64,000 nt of DNA from the human T2T-CHM13v2.0 reference genome, Homo sapiens, in the NCBI RefSeq assembly GCF_009914755.1, contig NC_060929.1. One strand, 5' to 3'. The number at the start of each line of letters is the position of its first letter. The stretch's first letter is position 1. A model generated the notes under the pieces. It was given only the letters and a program-made list of their open reading frames with translations, was not told the DNA's origin and did no database searches. Made by a program: the position numbers and the translations under genes. Shown here one piece after another: positions 41,401-53,689 of the stretch.

Positions 41401-44400
41401 CAGACTTGTAACACTCTTTTTGTGGAATTTGCAAGTGGAGATTTCAGCCGCTTTGAAGTCAAAGGTAGAAAAGGAAATATCTTCCTATAAAAACTAGACA
41501 GAAAGATTCTCAGAAACTCCTTTGTGATGTGTGCGTTCAACTCACAGAGTTTAACCTTTCTTTTCATAGAGCAGTTAGGAAACACTCTGTTTGTAAACTC
41601 TGCAAGTGGATATTCAGACCTCTTTGAGGCCTTCGTTGGAAACGGGTTTTTTTCATATAAGGCTAGACAGAAGAATTCCCAGTAACTTCCTTGTGTTGTG
41701 TGTGTTCAACTCACAGAGTTGAACTTTCATTTACACAGAGCAGATTTGAAACACTCTTTTTGTGGAATTTGCAAGTGGAGATTTCAAGCGCTTTGAGGCC
41801 AAAGGCAGAAAAGGAAATATCTTCGTATAAAAACTAGACAGAATCATTCTCAGAAACTGCTCTGCGATGTGTGCGTTCAACTCTCAGAGTTTAACTTTTC
41901 TTTTCATTCAGCAGTTTGGAAACACTCTGTTTGTAAAGTCTGCACGTGGATAATTTGACCACTTAGAGGCCTTCGTTGGAAACGGGTTTTTTTCATGTAA
42001 GGCTAGACAGAAGAGTTCTCAGTAACTTCCTTGTGTTGTGTGTACTCAACTCACACAGTTGAACGATCCTTTACAGAGAGCAGACTTGTAACACTCTTTT
42101 TGTGGAATTTGCAAGTGGAGATTTCAGCCGCTTTGAAGTCAAAGTAGAAAAGGAAATATCTTCCTATAAAAACTAGACAGAATGATTCTCAGAAACTCCT
42201 TTGTGATGTGTGCGTTCAACTCACAGAGTTTAACCTTTCTTTTCATAGAGCAGTTAGGAAACACTCTGCTTGTAAAGTCTACAAGTGGATATTCAGCCCT
42301 CTTTGAGGCCTTCGTTGGAAACGGGTTTTTTTCATATAAGGCTAGACAGAAGAATTCCCAGTAACTTCCTTGTGTTGTGTGTGTTCAACTCACAGAGTTG
42401 AACTTTGATTTACACAGAGCAGATTTGAAACACTCTTTTTGTGGAATTTGCAAGTGGAGATTTCAAGCGCTTTGAGGCCAAAGGCAGAAAAGGAAATATC
42501 TTCGTATAAAAACTAGACAGAATCATTCTCAGAAACTGCTCTGCGATGTGTGCGTTCAACTCTCAGAGTTTAACTTTTCTTTTCATTCAGCAGTTTGGAA
42601 ACACTCTGTTTGTAAAGTCTGCACGTGGATATTTTGACCACTTAGAGGCCTTCGTTGGAAACGGGTTTTTTTCCTGTAAGGCTAGACAGAAGAATTCCCA
42701 GTAACTTCCTTGTGTTGTGTACATTCAACTCACAGAGTTGAACGTTCCCTTAGACAGAGCAGATTTGAAACACTCTTTTTGTGCAATTGGCAAGTGGAGA
42801 TTTCAAGCGCTTTAAGGTCAATGGCAGAAAAGGAAATATCTTCGTTTCAAAACTAGACAGAATCATTCCCACAAACTGCGTTGTGATGTGTTCGTTCATC
42901 TCACAGAGTTTAACCTTTCTTTTCATAGAGCAGTTAGGAAACACTCTGTTTGTAAATTCTGTAAGTGGATATTCTGACATCTTGTGGCCTTCGTTGGAAA
43001 CGGGATTTCTTCATATTCTGCTAGACAGAAGAATTCTCAGAATCTTCCTTGTGTTGTGTGTATTCAACTCACACAGTTGAACGATGGTTTACACAGAGCA
43101 GATTTGAAACACTCTTTTTGTGGAATTTGCAAGTGGAGATTTCAGCCGCTTTGAGGTCAATGGTAGAAAAGGAAATATCTTCGTATAAAAACTAGACAGA
43201 ATGATTCTCAGAAACTTCTTTGTGATGTGTGCGTTCAACTCACAGAGTTTAACCTTTCTTTTCATAGAGCAGTTAGGAAACACTCTGTTTGTAAACTCTG
43301 CAAGTGGATATTCAGACCTCTTTGAGGCCTTCGTTGGAAACGGGATTTCTTCATACTGTGCTAGACAGAAGAATTCTCAGTAACTTCCTTGTGTTGTGTG
43401 TATTCAACTCACAGAGTTGAACGATCCTTTACACAGAGCAGACTTGAAACACTCTTTTTGTGGAATTTGCAAGTGGAGATTTCAGCCGCGTTGAGGTCAA
43501 TGGTAGAAAAGGAAATATCTTCGTATAAAAACTAGACAGAATGATTCTCAGAAACTCCTTTGAGATGTGTGTGTTCAACTCACAGAGTTTAACCTTTCTT
43601 TTCATAGAGCAGTTAGGAATCACTCTGTTTGTAAAGTCTGCAAGTGGATATTCAGACCTCTTTGAGGCCTTCGTTGGAAACGGGTTTTTTTCATATAAGG
43701 CTAGACAGAAGAATTCCCAGTAACTTCCTTGTGTTGTGTGTGTTCAACTCACAGAGTTGAACTTTCATTTACACAGAGCAGATTTGAAACACTCTTTTTG
43801 TGGAATTTGCAAATGGAGATTTCAAGCGCTTTGAGGCCAAAGGCAGAAAAGGAAATATCTTCGTATAAAAACTAGACAGAATCATTCTCAGAAACTGCTC
43901 TGCGATGTGTGCGTTCAACTCTCAGAGTTTAACTTTTCTTTTCATTCAGCAGTTTGGAAACACTCTGTTTGTAAAGTCTGCACGTGGATATTTTGACCAC
44001 TTAGAGGCCTTCGTTGGAAACGGGTTTTTTTCCTGTAAGGCTAGACAGAAGAATTCCCAGTAACTTCCTTGTGTTGTGTACATTCAACTCACAGAGTTGA
44101 ACGTTCCCTTAGACAGAGCAGATTTGAAACACTCTTTTTGTGCAATTGGCAAGTGGAGATTTCAAGAGCTTTAAGGTCAATGGCAGAAAAGGAAATATCT
44201 TCGTTTCAAAACTAGACAGAATCATTCCCACAAACTGCGTTGTGATGTGTTCGTTCATCTCACAGAGTTTAACCTTTCTTTTCATAGAGCAGTTAGGAAA
44301 CACTCTGTTTGTAAATTCTGTAAGTGGATATTCTGACATCTTGTGGCCTTCGTTGGAAACGGGATTTCTTCATATTCTGCTAGACAGAAGAATTCTCAGA

Positions 44401-47400
44401 ATCTTCCTTGTGTTGTGTGTATTCAACTCACACAGTTGAACGATGGTTTACACAGAGCAGATTTGAAACACTCTTTTTGTGGAATTTGCAAGTGGAGATT
44501 TCAGCCGCTTTGAGGTCAATGGTAGAAAAGGAAATATCTTCGTATAAAAACTAGACAGAATGATTCTCAGAAACTTCTTTGTGATGTGTGCGTTCAACTC
44601 ACAGAGTTTAACCTTTCTTTTCATAGAGCAGTTAGGAAACACTCTGTTTGTAAACTCTGCAAGTGGATATTCAGACCTCTTTGAGGCCTTCGTTGGAAAC
44701 GGGATTTCTTCATACTGTGCTAGACAGAAGAATTCTCAGTAACTTCCTTGTGTTGTGTGTATTCAACTCACAGAGTTGAACGATCCTTTACACAGAGCAG
44801 ACTTGAAACACTCTTTTTGTGGAATTTGCAAGTGGAGATTTCAGCCGCGTTGAGGTCAATGGTAGAAAAGGAAATATCTTCGTATAAAAACTAGACAGAA
44901 TGATTCTCAGAAACTCCTTTGAGATGTGTGTGTTCAACTCACAGAGTTTAACCTTTCTTTTCATAGAGCAGTTAGGAATCACTCTGTTTGTAAAGTCTGC
45001 AAGTGGATATTCAGACCTCTTTGAGGCCTTCGTTGGAAACGGGTTTTTTTCATATAAGGCTAGACAGAAGAATTCCCAGTAACTTCCTTGTGTTGTGTGT
45101 GTTCAACTCACAGAGTTGAACTTTCATTTACACAGAGCAGATTTGAAACACTCTTTTTGTGGAATTTGCAAATGGAGATTTCAAGCGCTTTGAGGCCAAA
45201 GGCAGAAAAGGAAATATCTTCGTATAAAAACTAGACAGAATCATTCTCAGAAACTGCTCTGCGATGTGTGCGTTCAACTCTCAGAGTTTAACTTTTCTTT
45301 TCATTCAGCAGTTTGGAAACACTCTGTTTGTAAAGTCTGCACGTGGATAATTTGACCACTTAGAGGCCTTCGTTGGAAACGGGTTTTTTTCATGTAAGGC
45401 TAGACAGAAGAATTCTCAGTAACTTCCTTGTGTTGTGTGTATTCAACTCACAGAGTTGAACGATCCTTTACACAGAGCAGACTTGTAACACTCTTTTTGT
45501 GGAATTTGCAAGTGGAGATTTCAGCCGCTTTGAAGTCAAAGGTAGAAAAGGAAATATCTTCCTATAAAAACTAGACAGAATGATTCTCAGAAACTCCTTT
45601 GTGATGTGTGCGTTCAACTCACAGAGTTTAACCTTTCTTTTCATAGAGCAGTTAGGAAACACTCTGCTTGTAAAGTCTGCAAGTGGATATTCAGCCCTCT
45701 TTGAGGCCTTCGTTGGAAACGGGTTTTTTTCATATAAGGCTAGACAGAAGAATTCCCAGTAACTTCCTTGTGTTGTGTGTGTTCAACTCACAGAGTTGAA
45801 CTTTCATTTACACAGAGCAGATTTCAAACACTCTTTTTGTGGAATTTGCAAGTGGAGATTTCAAGCGCTTTGAGGCCAAAGGCAGAAAAGGAAATATCTT
45901 CGTATAAAAACTAGACAGAATCATTCTCAGAAACTGCTCTGCGATGTGTGCGTTCAACTCTCAGAGTTTAACTTTTCTTTTCATTCAGCAGTTTGGAAAC
46001 ACTCTGTTTGTAAAGTCTGCACGTGGATAATTTGACCACTTAGAGGCCTTCGTTGGAAACGGGTTTTTTTCATGTAAGGCTAGACAGAAGAATTCTCAGT
46101 AACTTCCTTGTGTTGTGTGTATTCAACTCACACAGTTGAACGATCCTTTACACAGAGCAGACTTGTAACACTCTTTTTGTGGAATTTGCAAGTGGAGATT
46201 TCAGCCGCTTTGAAGTCAAAGGTAGAAAAGGAAATATCTTCCTATAAAAACTAGACAGAAAGATTCTCAGAAACTCCTTTGTGATGTGTGCGTTCAACTC
46301 ACAGAGTTTAACCTTTCTTTTCATAGAGCAGTTAGGAAACACTCTGTTTGTAAAGTCTGCAAGTGGATATTCAGACCTCTTTGAGGCCTTCGTTGGAAAC
46401 GGGTTTTTTTCATATAAGGCTAGACAGAAGAATTCCCAGTAACTTCCTTGTGTTGTGTGTGTTCAACTCACAGAGTTGAACTTTCATTTACACAGAGCAG
46501 ATTTGAAACACTCTTTTTGTGGAATTTGCAAGTGGAGATTTCAAGCGCTTTGAGGCCAAAGGCAGAAAAGGAAATATCTTCGTATAAAAACTAGACAGAA
46601 TCATTCTCAGAAACTGCTCTGTGATGTGTGCGTTCAACTCTCAGAGTTTAACTTTTCTCTTCATTCAGCAGTTTGGAAACACTCTGTTTGTAAAGTCTGC
46701 ACGTGGATAATTTGACCACTTAGAGGCCTTCGTTGGAAACGGGTTTTTTTCATGTAAGGCTAGACAGAAGAGTTCTCTGTAACTTCCTTGTGTTGTGTGT
46801 ATTCAACTCACACAGTTGAACGATCCTTTACAGAGAGCAGACTTGTAACACTCTTTTTGTGGAATTTGCAAGTGGAGATTTCAGCCGCTTTGAAGTCAAA
46901 GTAGAAAAGGAAATATCTTCCTATAAAAACTAGACAGAATGATTCTCAGAAACTCCTTTGTGATGTGTGCGTTCAACTCAAAGAGTTTAACCTTTCTTTT
47001 CATAGAGCAGTTAGGAAACACTCTGTTTGTAAAGTCTGCAAGTGGATATTCAGACCTCTTTGAGGCCTTCGTTGGAAACGGGTTTTTTTCATATAAGGCT
47101 AGACAGAAGAATTCCCAGTAACTTCCTTGTGTTGTGTGTGTTCAACTCACAGAGTTGAACTTTCATTTACACAGAGCAGATTTGAAACACTCTTTTTGTG
47201 GAATTTGCAGGTGGAGATTTCAAGCGCTTTGAGGCCAAAGGCAGAAAAGGAAATATCTTCGTATAAAAACTAGACAGAATCATTCTCAGAAACTGCTCTG
47301 CGATGTGTGCGTTCAACTCTCAGAGTTTAACTTTTCTTTTCATTCAGCAGTTTGGAAACACTCTGTTTGTAAAGTCTGCACGTGGATAATTTGACCACTT

Positions 47401-50400
47401 AGAGGCCTTCGTTGGAAACGGGTTTTTTTCATGTAAGGCTAGACAGAAGAATTCTCAGTAACTTCCTTGTGTTGTGTGTATTCAACTCACAGAGTTGAAC
47501 GATCCTTTACACAGAGCAGACTTGTAACACTCTTTTTGTGGAATTTGCAAGTGGAGATTTCAGCCGCTTTGAAGTCAAAGGTAGAAAAGGAAATATCTTC
47601 CTATAAAAACTAGACAGAATGATTCTCAGAAACTCCTTTGTGATGTGTGCGTTCAACTCACAGAGTTTAACCTTTCTTTTCATAGAGCAGTTAGGAATCA
47701 CTCTGCTTGTAAAGTCTGCAAGTGGATATTCAGCCCTCTTTGAGGCCTTCGTTGGAAACGGGTTTTTTTCATATAAGGCTAGACAGAAGAATTCCCAGTA
47801 ACTTCCTTGTGTTGTGTGTGTTCAACTCACAGAGTTGAACTTTCATTTACACAGAGCAGATTTGAAACACTCTTTTTGTGGAATTTGAAAGTGGAGATTT
47901 CAAGCGCTTTGAGGCCAAAGGCAGAAAAGGAAATATCTTCGTATAAAAACTAGACAGAATCATTCTCAGAAACTGCTCTGCGATGTGTGCGTTCAACTCT
48001 CAGAGTTTAACTTTTCTTTTCATTCAGCAGTTTGGAAACACTCTGTTTGTAAAGTCTGCACGTGGATATTTTGACCACTTAGAGGCCTTCGTTGGAAACG
48101 GGTTTTTTTCCTGTAAGGCTAGACAGAAGAATTCCCAGTAACTTCCTTGTGTTGTGTACATTCAACTCACAGAGTTGAACGTTCCCTTAGACAGAGCAGA
48201 TTTGAAACACTCTTTTTGTGCAATTGGCAAGTGGAGATTTCAAGCGCTTTAAGGTCAATGGCAGAAAAGGAAATATCTGCGTTTCAAAACTAGAGAGAAT
48301 CATTCCCAAAAACTGCGTTGTGATGTGTGCGTTCAACTCACAGAGTTTAACCTTTCTTTTCATAGAGCAGTTAGGAAACACTCTGTTTGTAAACTCTGCA
48401 AGTGGATATTCAGACCTCTTTGAGGCCTTCGTTGGAAACGGGATTTCTTCATACTGTGCTAGACAGAAGAATTCTCAGTAACTTCCTTGTGTTGTGTGTA
48501 TTCAACTCACAGAGTTGACCGATCCTTTACACAGAGCAGACTTGTAACACTCTTTTTGTGGAATTTGCAAGTGGAGATTTCAGCCGCTTTGAAGTCAAAG
48601 GTAGAAAAGGGAATATCTTCCTATAAAAACTAGACAGAATGATTCTCAGAAACTCCTTTGTCATGTGTGCGTTCAACTCACAGAGTTTAACCTTTCTTTT
48701 CATAGAGCAGTTAGGAAACACTCTGTTTCTAAAGTCTGCAAGTGGATATTCAGACCTCTTTGAGGCCTTCGTTGGAAACGGGTTTTTTTCATATAAGGCT
48801 AGAGAGAAGAATTCCCACTAACTTCCTTGTGTTGTGTGTGTTCAACTCACAGAGTTGAACTTTCATTTACACAGAGCAGATTTGAAACACTCTTTTTGTG
48901 GAATTTGCAAGTGGAGATTTCAAGCGCTGTGAGGCCAAAGGCAGAAAAGGAAATATCTTCGTATAAAAACTAGACAGAATCATTCTCAGAAACTGCTCTG
49001 CGATGTGTGCGTTCAACTCTCAGAGTTTAACTTTTCTTTTCATTCAGCAGTTTGGAAACACTCTGTTTGTAAAGTCTGCACGTGGATAATTTGACCACTT
49101 AGAGGCCTTCGTTGGAAACGGGTTTTTTTCATGTAAGGCTAGACAGAAGAATTCTCAGTAACTTCCTTGTGTTGTGTGTATTCAACTCACAGAGTTGAAC
49201 GATCCTTTACACAGAGCAGACTTGTAACACTCTTTTTGTGGAATTTGCAAGTGGAGATTTCAGCCGCTTTGAAGTCAAAGGTAGAAAAGGAAATATCTTC
49301 CTATAAAAACTAGACAGAAAGATTCTCAGAAACTCCTTTGTGATGTGTGCGTTCAACTCACAGAGTTTAACCTTTCTTTTCATAGAGCAGTTAGGAAACA
49401 CTCTGTTTGTAAAGTCTGCAAGTGGATATTCAGACCTCTTTGAGGCCTTCGTTGGAAACGGGTTTTTTTCATATAAGGCTAGACAGAAGAATTCCCAGTA
49501 ACTTCCTTGTGTTGTGTGTGTTCAACTCACAGAGTTGAACTTTCATTTACACAGAGCAGATTTGAAACACTCTTTTTGTGGAATTTGCAAGTGGAGATTT
49601 CAAGCGCTGTGAGGCCAAAGGCAGAAAAGGAAATATCTTCGTATAAAAACTAGACAGAATCATTCTCAGAAACTGCTCTGCGATGTGTGCGTTCAACTCT
49701 CAGAGTTTAACTTTGCTTTTCATTCAGCAGTTTGGAAACACTCTGTTTGTAAAGTCTGCACGTGGATAATTTGACCACTTAGAGGCCTTCGTTGGAAACG
49801 GGTTTTTTTCATGTAAGGCTAGACAGAAGAATTCTCAGTAACTTCCTTGTGTTGTGTGTATTCAACTCACACAGTTGAACGATCCTTTACACAGAGCAGA
49901 CTTGTAACACTCTTTTTGTGGAATTTGCAAGTGGAGATTTCAGCCGCTTTGAAGTCAAAGGTAGAAAAGGAAATATCTTCCTATAAAAACTAGACAGAAA
50001 GATTCTCAGAAACTCCTTTGTGATGTGTGCGTTCAACTCACAGAGTTTAACCTTTCTTTTCATAGAGCAGTTAGGAAACACTCTGTTTGTAAAGTCTGCA
50101 AGTGGATATTCAGACCTCTTTGAGGCCTTCGTTGGAAACGGGTTTTTTTCATATAAGGCTAGACAGAAGAATTCCCAGTAACTTCCTTGTGTTGTGTGTG
50201 TTCAACTCACAGAGTTGAACTTTCATTTACACAGAGCAGATTTGAAACACTCTTTTTGTGGAATTTGCAAGTGGAGATTTCAAGCGCTTTGAGGCCAAAG
50301 GCAGAAAAGGAAATATCTTCGTATAAAAACTAGACAGAATCATTCTCAGAAACTGCTCTGCGATGTGTGCGTTCAACTCTCAGAGTTTAACTTTTCTTTT

Positions 50401-50677
50401 CATTCAGCAGTTTGGAAACACTCTGTTTGTAAAGTCTGCACGTGGATAATTTGACCACTTAGAGGCCTTCGTTGGAAACGGGTTTTTTTCATGTAAGGCT
50501 AGACAGAAGAGTTCTCAGTAACTTCCTTGTGTTGTGTGTACTCAACTCACACAGTTGAACGATCCTTTACAGAGAGCAGACTTGTAACACTCTTTTTGTG
50601 GAATTTGCAAGTGGAGATTTCAGCCGCTTTGAAGTCAAAGTAGAAAAGGAAATATCTTCCTATAAAAACTAGACAGA
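20431..50677 (+). repeat. Super-repeat B: three tandem copies starting ~20431, ~31306 and ~42182 (10,875, 10,876 and 8,496 bp)
   Basis: The marker gtctacaag (ORF variant KSTSG) occurs at ORFs 20431/31306/42182. ctcaaagag (NSKS) occurs at 26887/37763/46939 and the 87-aa hybrid ORF at 28166/39042/48218. ttttctcttc, ttctctgtaac and tttgaaagtgg are in all three copies. Confidence 0.92.
23148..26350 (+). repeat. 1,700 bp (10-monomer) tandem duplication inside super-repeat B (also at ~34024-37230)
   Basis: ORFs 23148/24848, 23828/25528 and 24396/26096 are offset by 1700. The copies share gatttcaaac and cagaaagattc. Confidence 0.88.
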
Positions 50678-53600
50678 ATGATTCTCAGAAACTCCTTTGT
50701 GATGTGTGCGTTCAACTCACAGAGTTTAACCTTTCTTTTCATAGAGCAGTTAGGAAACACTCTGTTTGTAAAGTCTGCAAGTGGATATTCAGACCTCTTT
50801 GAGGCCTTCGTTGGAAACGGGTTTTTTTCATATAAGGCTAGACAGAAGAATTCGCAGTAACTTCCTTGTGTTGTGTGTGTTCAACTCACAGAGTTGAACT
50901 TTCATTTACACAGAGCAGATTTGAAACACTCTTTTTGTGGAATTTGCAGGTGGAGATTTCAAGCGCTTTGAGGCCAAAGGCAGAAAAGGAAATATCTTCG
51001 TATAAAAACTAGACAGAATCATTCTCAGAAACTGCTCTGCGATGTGTGCGTTCAACTCTCAGAGTTTAACTTTTCTTTTCATTCAGCAGTTTGGAAACAC
51101 TCTGTTTGTAAAGTCTGCACGTGGATAATTTGACCACTTAGAGGCCTTCGTTGGAAACGGGTTTTTTTCATGTAAGGCTAGACAGAAGAATTCTCAGTAA
51201 CTTCCTTGTGTTGTGTGTATTCAACTCACAGAGTTGAACGATCCTTTACACAGAGCAGACTTGTAACACTCTTTTTGTGGAATTTGCAAGTGGAGATTTC
51301 TGCCGCTTTGAAGTCAAAGGTAGAAAAGGAAATATCTTCCTATAAAAACTAGACAGAATGATTCTCAGAAACTCCTTTGTGATGTGTGCGTTCAACTCAC
51401 AGAGTTTAACCTTTCTTTTCATAGAGCAGTTAGGAAACACTCTGCTTGTAAAGTCTGCAAGTGGATATTCAGCCCTCTTTGAGGCCTTCGTTGGAAACGG
51501 GTTTTTTTCATATAAGGCTAGACAGAAGAATTCCCAGTAACTTCCTTGTGTTGTGTGTGTTCAACTCACAGAGTTGAACTTTCATTTACACAGAGCAGAT
51601 TTGAAACACTCTTTTTGTGGAATTTGCAAGTGGAGATTTCAAGCGCTTTGAGGCCAAAGGCAGAAAAGGAAATATCTTCGTATAAAAACTAGACAGAATC
51701 ATTCTCAGAAACTGCTCTGCGATGTGTGCGTTCAACTCTCAGAGTTTAACTTTTCTTTTCATTCAGCAGTTTGGAAACACTCTGTTTGTAAAGTCTGCAC
51801 GTGGATATTTTGACCACTTAGAGGCCTTCGTTGGAAACGGGTTTTTTTCCTGTAAGGCTAGACAGAAGAATTCCCAGTAACTTCCTTGTGTTGTGTACAT
51901 TCAACTCACAGAGTTGAACGTTCCCTTAGACAGAGCAGATTTGAAACACTCTTTTTGTGCAATTGGCAAGTGGAGATTTCAAGCGCTTTGAGGTCAATGG
52001 CAGAAAAGGAAATATCTTCGTTTCAAAACTAGACAGAATCATTCCCAAAAACTGCGTTGTGATGTGTTCGTTCATCTCACAGAGTTTAACCTTTCTTTTC
52101 ATAGAGCAGTTAGGAAACAGTCTGTTTGTAAATTCTGTAAGTGGATATTCTGACATCTTGTGGCCTTCGTTGGAAACGGGATTTCTTCATATTCTGCTAG
52201 ACAGAAGAATTCTCAGAATCTTCCTTGTGTTGTGTGTATTCAACTCACAGAGTTGAACGATGGTTTACACAGAGCAGATTTGAAACACTCTTTTTGTGGA
52301 ATTTGCAAGTGGAGATTTCAGCCCCTTTGAGGTCAATGGTAGAAAAGGAAATATCTTCGTATAAAAACTAGACAGAATGATTCTCAGAAACTTCTTTGTG
52401 ATGTGTGCGTTCAACTCACAGAGTTTAACCTTTCTTTTCATAGAGCAGTTAGGAAACACTCTGTTTGTAAACTCTGCAAGTGGATATTCAGACCTCTTTG
52501 AGGCCTTCGTTGGAAACGGGATTTCTTCATACTGTGCTAGACAGAAGAATTCTCAGTAACTTCCTTGTGTTGTGTGTATTCAACTCACAGAGTTGACCGA
52601 TCCTTTACACAGAGCAGACTTGTAACACTCTTTTTGTGGAATTTGCAAGTGGAGATTTCAGCCGCTTTGAAGTCAAAGGTAGAAAAGGGAATATCTTCCT
52701 ATAAAAACTAGACAGAATGATTCTCAGAAACTCCTTTGTCATGTGTGCGTTCAACTCACAGAGTTTAACCTTTCTTTTCATAGAGCAGTTAGGAAACACT
52801 CTGTTTCTAAAGTCTGCAAGTGGATATTCAGACCTCTTTGAGGCCTTCGTTGGAAACGGGTTTTTTTCATATAAGGCTAGAGAGAAGAATTCCCAGTAAC
52901 TTCCTTGTGTTGTGTGTGTTCAACTCACAGAGTTGAACTTTCATTTACACAGAGCAGATTTGAAACACTCTTTTTGTGGAATTTGCAAGTGGAGATTTCA
53001 AGCGCTGTGAGGCCAAAGGCAGAAAAGGAAATATCTTCGTATAAAAACTAGACAGAATCATTCTCAGAAACTGCTCTGCGATGTGTGCGTTCAACTCTCA
53101 GAGTTTAACTTTTCTTTTCATTCAGCAGTTTGGAAACACTCTGTTTGTAAAGTCTGCACGTGGATAATTTGACCACTTAGAGGCCTTCGTTGGAAACGGG
53201 TTTTTTTCATGTAAGGCTAGACAGAAGAATTCTCAGTAACTTCCTTGTGTTGTGTGTATTCAACTCACACAGTTGAACGATCCTTTACACAGAGCAGACT
53301 TGTAACACTCTTTTTGTGGAATTTGCAAGTGGAGATTTCAGCCGCTTTGAAGTCAAAGGTAGAAAAGGAAATATCTTCCTATAAAAACTAGACAGAAAGA
53401 TTCTCAGAAACTCCTTTGTGATGTGTGCGTTCAACTCACAGAGTTTAACCTTTCTTTTCATAGAGCAGTTAGGAAACACTCTGTTTGTAAAGTCTGCAAG
53501 TGGATATTCAGACCTCTTTGAGGCCTTCGTTGGAAACGGGTTTTTTTCATATAAGGCTAGACAGAAGAATTCCCAGTAACTTCCTTGTGTTGTGTGTGTT

Positions 53601-53689
53601 CAACTCACAGAGTTGAACTTTCATTTACACAGAGCAGATTTGAAACACTCTTTTTGTGGAATTTGCAAGTGGAGATTTCAAGCGCTTTG

